IMG/VR virus record: IMGVR_UViG_3300028920_000029 | Span: 96,001-160,000 of that record | DNA: 64,000 nt | Direction: 5' to 3' (one strand) | Origin: a virus | Part shown: one piece after another, positions 31,244 to 36,717 of the stretch | Layout: each line of letters starts with the position of its first letter | How positions within the stretch are numbered: the first letter of the stretch is position 1 | Notes under the pieces: generated by a model | What the model saw: the letters and a program-made list of their open reading frames with translations, nothing else | What the model was told of the DNA's origin: nothing | Database searches by the model: none | Translations under genes and position numbers: made by a program

Positions 31244-31525
31244 TCATCTATCGTGGGCGCTTATCTGAATAACTATAGAGTTGTTAGGCTCTCGTATTAG
31301 TCTATCTGCTATAGCATCCTGCTCTATTGATTTAAAATCCCAACGATCTTTTACACGTAACTTTGCCGAGGGAAACCTTTTTCTTATAGCAGAAACTACG
31401 GCGGTTATGCTTACTCCTTTTTTAGGTGTAATATCGCACAGATACCATCCAAAACTTCCTGCGCCATAAAAGGTGCACTTAAACAACTTATCGTAGTTTT
31501 CCAAAGTTGATTCCTTATTTCTCAC
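31244..31525 (-). CDS. PKKGVSxTA-family protein
   Basis: ITPKKGVSITAVV. Confidence 0.65.
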   Translation of the reverse strand: MRNKESTLENYDKLFKCTFYGAGSFGWYLCDITPKKGVSITAVVSAIRKRFPSAKLRVKDRWDFKSIEQDAIADRLIREPNNSIVIQISAHDR

Positions 31526-31757
31526 AGAATGTTCCTACGGCGTAACTAACGCCCAATAATGCTACCACAATCATACCGCCATAAAAACTTATTTCGTTTG
31601 TTGTGTACCATTTATGGAGTGCCCAGAGTATTACTGCTAGTGCGTCCAGTATTACTACGGTTATTCCTATGTGCAGTAATCCTATGCCTATTCTTCGTAG
31701 AATAACTTTCCATATAGGTTCTATTACGGGATCTGGATCGGACCATAATTCTGACAT
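31515..31757 (-). CDS. small membrane protein
   Basis: two TM segments; AAGGAGG RBS and promoter upstream. Confidence 0.65.
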   Translation of the reverse strand: MSELWSDPDPVIEPIWKVILRRIGIGLLHIGITVVILDALAVILWALHKWYTTNEISFYGGMIVVALLGVSYAVGTFCEK

Positions 31758-31796
31758 ACCGTGCCTCCTTCAATGTAGTATATCGCTTACAGTATA

Positions 31797-31824
31797 AGTA
31801 TACTGATAGAATTGGATTTGTCAA
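31797..31824 (-). promoter_or_regulatory. sigma70/sigmaA-type promoter
   Basis: TTGACA-16nt-TATACT with AT-rich upstream element. Confidence 0.75.
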
Positions 31825-31845
31825 GAAAAAATTTAAGAAATTTTA

Positions 31846-31878
31846 TGGTGCCAGCAGATGGACTCGAACCACCGTAGC
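31846..31878 (-). pseudogene. orphan 3' half of a tRNA (T-arm, acceptor strand, CCA)
   Basis: GGTGG-TTCGAGT-CCATC-TGCTGGC-A-CCA; acceptor strand pairs with 32534-32540. Confidence 0.8.
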
Positions 31879-31882
31879 TATA

Positions 31883-31966
31883 TGGTGGGCAGGGATGGAT
31901 TCGAACCATCGTACCCGAGGGAACGGATTTACAGTCCGCCGCCTTTAACCGCTCAGCCACCTACCC
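31883..31966 (-). tRNA. tRNA-Tyr(GTA)
   Basis: cloverleaf, loop CT-GTA-AA, long variable arm, CCA. Confidence 0.95.
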
Positions 31967-32443
31967 ACGTTTTTTACTACCATATGTATCTGTTTGAGTA
32001 TGACAATTTGGACAAAGAATTCTTAGGTTCTCTAATCTATTGTCAGTATGATCACCGTTTATATGGTCTAAGTGCATACTTAGTTTTTTATTATTCCATA
32101 CGTTACCTTGACTACATTTCTCACATATTTCCTGCTTTAATCCAAACTCATATAATTTTTGTTTTAATGCATGACTTGTCCACTTAGCACCATCTAAACA
32201 AAGAACATTTTTTGTGAAGGACGTTATGGAGTGTTTCCTGCTATTGGCCCCAGTAGATGACCACCCACGATTTTTAAAATGGGACGTATCTAGCCCATAA
32301 TCCTTAATACGTTTAGCCACTAAATTGTGACTTCCTCCACCTACTCGTAAACCTAACTCTCTAATAATGTCCGCGACATTATAATGTCTTTTGACTAACT
32401 CGTTTAACAGTTCCTTACTATATTTTGTAGTATTTGCTTTCAT
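31961..32443 (-). CDS. HNH homing endonuclease (start revised to MKANTT)
   Basis: CEKC...LDHINGDHTDNRLENLRILCPNCH; stop codon lies inside the 5' end of tRNA-Tyr. Confidence 0.9.
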   Translation of the reverse strand: MKANTTKYSKELLNELVKRHYNVADIIRELGLRVGGGSHNLVAKRIKDYGLDTSHFKNRGWSSTGANSRKHSITSFTKNVLCLDGAKWTSHALKQKLYEFGLKQEICEKCSQGNVWNNKKLSMHLDHINGDHTDNRLENLRILCPNCHTQTDTYGSKKRG

Positions 32444-32470
32444 AGTAAACCTCCTATCTAGAATACTACT

Positions 32471-32499
32471 AGTATAGCATATTATAGTGACAAAAGCAA
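32471..32499 (-). promoter_or_regulatory. promoter of the HNH cassette
   Basis: TTGCTT-17nt-TATACT. Confidence 0.55.
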
Positions 32500-32504
32500 A
32501 TACC

Positions 32505-32540
32505 AACAGCCAGATGTCATTGCCGCTAGACTATACTGGC
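32505..32540 (-). pseudogene. orphan 5' half of a tRNA (GTN anticodon)
   Basis: GCCAGTA-TA-GTC..GAC-A-TCTGG-CTGT then breaks off. Confidence 0.8.
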
Positions 32541-32548
32541 ACTATATT

Positions 32549-32635
32549 TGGCGGAAAGCTCAGGACTTGAACCTGAACGGGATTGCTCCCCAGAGTTTAG
32601 CAAACTCTTGCCTTACCAATTAGGTCTAGCTTTCC
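32549..32635 (-). tRNA. tRNA-Ser(GCT)
   Basis: AGAGT-TTGCTAA-ACTCT, long variable arm. Confidence 0.92.
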
Positions 32636-32643
32636 TTTATTTC

Positions 32644-32739
32644 TGGAGGAGAGGGAGCGATTCGAACGCTCGAGCGTCATCTCTGACGCCACCTATTTTC
32701 AAGATAGGTAGAATAAACCTGACTCTCTTACACCTCTCC
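32644..32739 (-). tRNA. tRNA-Ser(TGA)
   Basis: CCTAT-CTTGAAA-ATAGG, long variable arm. Confidence 0.9.
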
Positions 32740-32745
32740 TCTATA

Positions 32746-32824
32746 TGGTTGCGGAGGTCAGATTTGCACTGACGTTGTTTCAGGGTATGAGCCTGCTGCT
32801 GGAACTACTCCAGCCCACTCCGCT
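32746..32824 (-). tRNA. tRNA-Met(CAT), initiator-like
   Basis: CT-CAT-AC loop, unpaired 1:72. Confidence 0.8.
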
Positions 32825-32831
32825 TATTTTT

Positions 32832-32908
32832 TGGTCCCCAAGCCTGGAGTTGAACCAAGAAAAAGCAGGTTTTGAATCTGCCGCCTATGCCAATTCGGCT
32901 ACTTGGGG
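32832..32908 (-). tRNA. tRNA-Leu(CAA)
   Basis: TT-CAA-AA loop, short variable region. Confidence 0.88.
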
Positions 32909-32909
32909 T

Positions 32910-32995
32910 TGGTGCGCCAGGTAGGACTTGCACCTACACGACCGAAGCCGACGGATCTTAAGTCCGTTGCGTCTGCTAAATTCCGCCACTAGCGC
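32910..32995 (-). tRNA. tRNA-Leu(TAA)
   Basis: ACGGA-CTTAAGA-TCCGT, long variable arm. Confidence 0.92.
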
Positions 32996-32996
32996 T

Positions 32997-33072
32997 TGGT
33001 GGGTCCACAGGGAATTGCACCCCAATCTTCCGATTAAAAGTCGGAAGCTCTAACTAATTGAGCTATAGACCC
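32997..33072 (-). tRNA. tRNA-Lys(TTT)
   Basis: TCCGA-CTTTTAA-TCGGA. Confidence 0.93.
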
Positions 33073-33073
33073 T

Positions 33074-33150
33074 TGGTGCCCCTAGAAGGATTTGAACCTT
33101 CAGAATTCTGATTCTAAGTCAGATAGCTATACCGATTCGCCTATAGGGGC
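33074..33150 (-). tRNA. tRNA-Leu(TAG)
   Basis: TCTGA-CTTAGAA-TCAGA, short variable region. Confidence 0.88.
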
Positions 33151-33152
33151 AT

Positions 33153-33227
33153 TGGTGCGTCGAGGTGGGAACGATCCACCGACCTTCTCCTTAAGAAGGA
33201 GCAGCTCTACCACTGAGCTACCGACGC
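33153..33227 (-). tRNA. tRNA-Lys(CTT)
   Basis: CTCC-TTCTTAA-GGAG. Confidence 0.9.
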
Positions 33228-33231
33228 ATTA

Positions 33232-33304
33232 AAGGTTGGGCTGCGTACACGCTGTATCGTTTCTCCAAGGATTACGCCTCCTAGGCGACCAACTACCCAA
33301 CCTT
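33232..33304 (-). ncRNA. unidentified ~73-nt structured RNA
   Basis: 9-bp closing stem AAGGTTGGG/CCCAACCTT with internal CGCCT/AGGCG hairpin; fills the gap between RNase P RNA and tRNA-Lys. Confidence 0.45.
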
Positions 33305-33312
33305 ATTTTTAA

Positions 33313-33603
33313 AAGTAATTCATAACCCAGGTTCTGTTTTTGCAGTCATTAATCTTAGCGTCCTTACCCGCGTGCTCCGTGAGGTCTCATCATCACACGC
33401 CTATTTGGACTTGCTCACAGTAAAGGTTGGTCGTCTCACTTGTTTTTAGTTTATATAATTTTCAGAATCTGAGTTTTTATAAAACTAAAAACAACTCGTC
33501 TCTGTCCCCTATTTGTCGCTCACGCGCCCAGCTTTTAAGACTGGTACTGCGCCTCAATTGAGCCTGGAGTTTCCTCGGTTTCCCGCGACTGCTTGAATCA
33601 CTC
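33313..33603 (-). ncRNA. rnpB: RNase P RNA
   Basis: P1 GAGTGATTCA/TGAATTACTT, P2 GCAGTC/GACTGC, GAGGAAACTCCAGG and AACAGAACCTGGGTTAT forming P4 with the bulged U; ACAGA, GAGCAAG motifs. Confidence 0.9.
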
Positions 33604-33816
33604 TTATTTTTTCAACAATGCAATTAATTCTCTTCTAGCTTTTGCTTCCTCTGGGGTATCGTGAACACTATGATCTACCCATTTAACATCCACTTCTGAA
33701 TACTCAACAAATCTACCATCAACTAAAATCCATCCTCGTTTTGTGTTTTTGTTTCCAAATAATACTGGTCCAGCAATTTGTACTTTTTCTCCTGTAGCTT
33801 TAATTATTGCTTCCAT
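33604..33816 (-). CDS. hypothetical protein (start revised to MEAIIK)
   Basis: AAGGAGGT RBS; the longer ORF in the track overlaps tRNA-Asp. Confidence 0.65.
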   Translation of the reverse strand: MEAIIKATGEKVQIAGPVLFGNKNTKRGWILVDGRFVEYSEVDVKWVDHSVHDTPEEAKARRELIALLKK

Positions 33817-33841
33817 TTGTTTACCTCCTTCCCGTAAATTT

Positions 33842-33916
33842 TGGCGCCCCACGACAGAGTTGAACTGTCCTATTCGGCGCGACAAGCCGACGTAATAGCC
33901 GATATACGAGTGGGGC
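33842..33916 (-). tRNA. tRNA-Asp(GTC)
   Basis: TCGGC-TTGTCGC-GCCGA, G73. Confidence 0.9.
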
Positions 33917-33928
33917 ACTATTTCTTTT

Positions 33929-33957
33929 AGTATACTTAAAATACCAACAAGCGTCAA
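33929..33957 (-). promoter_or_regulatory. internal promoter upstream of tRNA-Asp
   Basis: TTGACG-17nt-TATACT. Confidence 0.7.
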
Positions 33958-34199
33958 TTAGCTTTTTTATTTTTTACTATACTTCTTAATTTATTATGCA
34001 GCCCAGCAAAAATTGGCAAATAAACATTCTTAAACGTTTCTTTCCATTTTTCACAGTATGGACAACCGTCTATGTGATCGTCCTCATTTATGTGTTTCTT
34101 ACACATATGTACGCCGTCTTCAGCAATATAATAGTGTTCCGTCTCAGTTACCAAAATCGGTTCCGTTACACCTTTTCGATACAATAATTTTTTACCCAT
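33954..34199 (-). CDS. hypothetical protein
   Basis: 81 aa, AAGGAGGTGA RBS, own promoter. Confidence 0.65.
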   Translation of the reverse strand: MGKKLLYRKGVTEPILVTETEHYYIAEDGVHMCKKHINEDDHIDGCPYCEKWKETFKNVYLPIFAGLHNKLRSIVKNKKAN

Positions 34200-34219
34200 A
34201 GTTCACCTCCTTTCTTTTA

Positions 34220-34248
34220 AGTATACTTAAGGTTTTGACATATGTCAA
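34220..34248 (-). promoter_or_regulatory. internal promoter
   Basis: TTGACA-17nt-TATACT; -35 is half of the palindrome TTGACATATGTCAA. Confidence 0.75.
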
Positions 34249-34261
34249 GCCTTTTATTTCC

Positions 34262-34336
34262 TGGCACCCCCTGTAGGCTTCGCACCCACGCACCGCGGTC
34301 CGTAGCCGCGAGCTCTGTCTCCTGAGCTAAGGGGGT
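34262..34336 (-). tRNA. tRNA-Arg(ACG)
   Basis: CGCGG-CTACGGA-CCGCG. Confidence 0.9.
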
Positions 34337-34337
34337 A

Positions 34338-34412
34338 TGGTGTCCCTTGATGGAATCAAACCACCGTCTCAGCTTTAGGAAAGCCGTGTTCTATTCACTG
34401 TACTAAAGGGAC
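34338..34412 (-). tRNA. tRNA-Arg(CCT)
   Basis: CGGCT-TTCCTAA-AGCTG. Confidence 0.9.
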
Positions 34413-34413
34413 A

Positions 34414-34489
34414 TGGTGCCCTGAGAAGGACTCGCACCCTCGACCTACGGAGTAGAAATCCGCTGCTCTGTCTCCTGAGCTACCAGGGC
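34414..34489 (-). tRNA. tRNA-Arg(TCT)
   Basis: GCGGA-TTTCTAC-TCCGT. Confidence 0.9.
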
Positions 34490-34494
34490 CTTAC

Positions 34495-34570
34495 TGGTTG
34501 CGGGACCACGGATCGAACGTGGACTATTCTGAGTCAGGGTCAGATGTTTTGCCTATTAAACTATCCCGCA
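34495..34570 (-). tRNA. tRNA-Gln(CTG)
   Basis: TCTGA-CCCTGAC-TCAGA, T1:A72; C33 instead of U33. Confidence 0.85.
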
Positions 34571-34571
34571 A

Positions 34572-35117
34572 CTATATCTTCCATTTTTTACGTCTTTTAA
34601 TAACAGCTTGACCACTACAATTTTTAATAGTAGCAATCTCTTCGTTAGTTTTTCCGTCTTTTACTAAGGCCTCAAGTTCTCTTTTGTTCCATTCTATTTT
34701 TCCAGCTAATTTTCCTGCACACATTAAAGAACAAGTTTTTCTATATGCCATCTTTTCCTTGCCACATACTGGGCAAAAATCCTTTAATTCGTTTTTAGTA
34801 GAATCTGTTATAAGTTTATCATTAAATCTCAATGCTGTTTTTGGAATTATACTTATTAATCCATGCACTTCGCTATGACAATTGCTACAAACCATAACAC
34901 ATTTTTCTACTTCTTTTTTAATTTTTATCCACTTCGTAGGATCTCTAAGCATAAAAGCAATTCCGCTTTCTTTATCTTTACTATTTAAATGATGGAACTC
35001 TAAAGCGTCTATATGTTTATTATACCCACAAATGCAACATTTTCCACCAAAACCTTCTACTAGTTTCTTTTTTGTATTCCGTCTCCAACGTTTTACAGCC
35101 TCAGATTTAGCACTCAT
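34572..35117 (-). CDS. HNH endonuclease with C-terminal Zn-finger/HTH
   Basis: GGKCCICGY...ALEFHH...KCVMVCSNCHSEVH. Confidence 0.88.
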   Translation of the reverse strand: MSAKSEAVKRWRRNTKKKLVEGFGGKCCICGYNKHIDALEFHHLNSKDKESGIAFMLRDPTKWIKIKKEVEKCVMVCSNCHSEVHGLISIIPKTALRFNDKLITDSTKNELKDFCPVCGKEKMAYRKTCSLMCAGKLAGKIEWNKRELEALVKDGKTNEEIATIKNCSGQAVIKRRKKWKI

Positions 35118-35147
35118 AGTAAAACCTCCTTATAGTTTATTACTACA

Positions 35148-35177
35148 AGTATAACATAACACGGTGTGTTAATGCAA
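35148..35177 (-). promoter_or_regulatory. putative promoter of the second HNH
   Basis: TTGCAT-18nt-TATACT with extended -10 TG. Confidence 0.5.
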
Positions 35178-35192
35178 CTTGTTACGTTATAT

Positions 35193-35267
35193 TGGCTCCA
35201 GCGGGTGGAGTCGAACCACCATTTTACTCCTTAACAGGGAGGCGCATTACCATTATGCTACACTGGA
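35193..35267 (-). tRNA. tRNA-Asn(GTT)
   Basis: CT-GTT-AA, G73. Confidence 0.92.
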
Positions 35268-35269
35268 AC

Positions 35270-35346
35270 TGGTGCCTCCGAAAGGATTTGAACCTTTGGC
35301 CAAAGCGTTATCAACACTCTGCTCTACCAAGCTGAGCTACAGAGGC
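35270..35346 (-). tRNA. tRNA-Ile(GAT)
   Basis: TT-GAT-AA loop. Confidence 0.92.
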
Positions 35347-35347
35347 A

Positions 35348-35423
35348 TGGTGGAGACGATCGGGAACGATCCGACAACCCCCTGATTGCAAATCAGGCGC
35401 TCTCCCAATTGAGCTACGTCCCC
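35348..35423 (-). tRNA. tRNA-Ala(TGC)
   Basis: TT-TGC-AA, G3:U70. Confidence 0.93.
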
Positions 35424-35424
35424 A

Positions 35425-35500
35425 TGGTGGATACTTTTGGAGTCGAACCAAATTCTCTTGTTCTTCAGACAAGCGTGATGACCGCATTCACCAAATATCC
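35425..35500 (-). tRNA. tRNA-Phe(GAA)
   Basis: CTTGT-CTGAAGA-ACAAG. Confidence 0.9.
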
Positions 35501-35501
35501 A

Positions 35502-35578
35502 TGGTGCTCTCCGAAGGACTCGAACCTCCGACCCTCTCATTATGAGTGAGACGCTCTAACCGACTGAGCTAGAAGAGC
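35502..35578 (-). tRNA. tRNA-Ile2 or elongator Met (CAT)
   Basis: TCTCA-CTCATAA-TGAGA; identity not resolvable by eye. Confidence 0.85.
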
Positions 35579-35585
35579 AATATTC

Positions 35586-35659
35586 TGGAGAGGCGAGTAA
35601 GATTTTAACTTACCTTATCTGGGTTGCAACCAGACGCCTAGACACTTGGCTATCGCCTC
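35586..35659 (-). tRNA. tRNA-Cys(GCA)
   Basis: TT-GCA-AC, U73. Confidence 0.88.
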
Positions 35660-35670
35660 TCTTAATTCTC

Positions 35671-35745
35671 TGGTAGTCGGAGTGGGTACTGCCCCCACCT
35701 GGTCCTCTTTGTAAGAGAGGTGCATGACTAATCTGCCATCCGACT
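35671..35745 (-). tRNA. tRNA-Val(TAC)
   Basis: CCTCT-CTTACAA-AGAGG; atypical D and T loops. Confidence 0.85.
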
Positions 35746-35766
35746 TCTATTAAGATCTATAAATCC

Positions 35767-35840
35767 TGGTTGCCTCAGAACGGGTCGAACGTTCGCTACC
35801 TGTGTCAAAAACAGGCGTGCTACCACTACACTACAAGGCA
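35767..35840 (-). tRNA. tRNA-Gln(TTG)
   Basis: CCTGT-TTTTGAC-ACAGG, T1:A72. Confidence 0.9.
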
Positions 35841-35844
35841 TTTT

Positions 35845-35918
35845 TGGAGAGGGCTAAGGGACTCGAACCCTTTTTTTCAGTTTGGAAGACTGGAGTTAAA
35901 CCTATTAACTAAGCCCTC
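35845..35918 (-). tRNA. tRNA-Gly(TCC)
   Basis: CT-TCC-AA, U73. Confidence 0.88.
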
Positions 35919-35920
35919 TC

Positions 35921-35991
35921 TGGTACCACGAACTGGAATTGCACCAATCCTCTGGGCGTATGAAACCCTGAGTCCATCTAATGGTCGTGGC
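35921..35991 (-). tRNA. atypical tRNA(CAT) with shrunken D-arm
   Basis: acceptor GCCACGA/TCGTGGT, GGGT-TTCATAC-GCCC, T-arm, CCA; D-arm reduced to CCAT-TAG-ATGG. Confidence 0.7.
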
Positions 35992-35999
35992 CTATATTT

Positions 36000-36075
36000 T
36001 GGAGCCCACGGAGGGACTTGCACCCCCAACCGTCGGTTTACAGGACCGCTGCTCTTCTATTAAAGCTACGCGGGC
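36000..36075 (-). tRNA. tRNA-Thr(TGT)
   Basis: CGGT-CCTGTAA-ACCG, C2:G71; C33. Confidence 0.85.
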
Positions 36076-36085
36076 TCTTAATTTT

Positions 36086-36159
36086 TGGTGTGAGGCGGGG
36101 ATTTGAACCCCTCTGGGAGAGCCACAATCTCCCGTGCTAACCATTACACTAGCCCCACC
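36086..36159 (-). tRNA. tRNA-His(GTG)
   Basis: TT-GTG-GC loop, encoded G-1. Confidence 0.9.
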
Positions 36160-36162
36160 ACT

Positions 36163-36237
36163 TGGCACCGCCGTAAGGAATCGAACCCTATCTTTCTGTT
36201 CTGGAGACAGATGTGCTAACCATTACACTACTGCGGC
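36163..36237 (-). tRNA. tRNA-Trp(CCA)
   Basis: TCTGT-CTCCAGA-ACAGA, G73. Confidence 0.92.
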
Positions 36238-36240
36238 ATT

Positions 36241-36317
36241 TGGTGACGCATGTGGGACTCGAACCCACAATCCTCAGACTGAAAATCTGATGGCTTAAAC
36301 CATTTGCCTAATGCGCC
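36241..36317 (-). tRNA. tRNA-Glu(TTC)
   Basis: TCAGA-TTTTCAG-TCTGA. Confidence 0.92.
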
Positions 36318-36349
36318 ACATCTCTTTAACTGTTAAGAACTATAAGTGC

Positions 36350-36426
36350 TGGTCTAGGTGGAAGGATTTGAACCTTCGACATCTTGCTTCCAAGGCAAGC
36401 AGGCTACCAGACTGCCCCACACCTAG
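36350..36426 (-). tRNA. tRNA-Pro(TGG), first gene of the array
   Basis: CTTGC-CTTGGAA-GCAAG, C1:G72. Confidence 0.92.
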
Positions 36427-36431
36427 TCGTT

Positions 36432-36471
36432 AAAATAAAAAAGGCCCGACGGATTTCTCCGCCAGGCCTTT
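36432..36471 (-). terminator. intrinsic terminator (attenuator) directly upstream of the tRNA array
   Basis: 14-bp stem AAAGGCCTGGCGGA-GAAA-TCCGTCGGGCCTTT running into a U-rich tract, ending 5 nt before tRNA-Pro. Confidence 0.9.
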
Positions 36472-36492
36472 GTCTAGTACTACTCTAATTCG

Positions 36493-36645
36493 TCACATAG
36501 AGCTGCCTGGCAGACCTGGCGGTTTTTGTGTATCTATACATACCGCCGCCAACAGAATATAGGCATGCATAAATAACTGGCTATCGCCAAGCCATTCTGC
36601 TCTTCGCCTATTCTCTGTGGTCTGTGACAAACTCTTAAGCAACAT
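36493..36645 (-). CDS. 50-aa leader peptide containing all 20 amino acids (not in ORF track)
   Basis: AGGAG RBS at 36655-36659; MLLKSLSQTTENRRRAEWLGDSQLFMHAYILLAAVCIDTQKPPGLPGSSM*; lies between promoter and terminator. Confidence 0.8.
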   Translation of the reverse strand: MLLKSLSQTTENRRRAEWLGDSQLFMHAYILLAAVCIDTQKPPGLPGSSM

Positions 36646-36717
36646 GATTTATTTCTCCTAATTTTGGTGCTATGTTGGACTAGCACCTTATGCTAACACA
36701 ATCTTTATGACAATACA

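Noticed and set aside
31879-32504. Self-splicing intron in the split tRNA
   Set aside because: The insert is fully accounted for by promoter, HNH and tRNA-Tyr, has no room for a ribozyme core, and the 3' anticodon strand is missing.
32644-33150. Suppressor tRNAs / stop-codon recoding
   Set aside because: Anticodons TGA, TAA and TAG read TCA, TTA and CTA. No CTA, TTA or TCA anticodon is present, and long conserved genes are intact in the standard code.
33232-33603. tmRNA
   Set aside because: No tRNA-Ala-like ends; the motifs match RNase P RNA instead.
36432-36710. T-box riboswitch as the tRNA operon leader
   Set aside because: No T-box consensus or UGGN antiterminator bulge is visible; an RBS-led ORF explains the region better.
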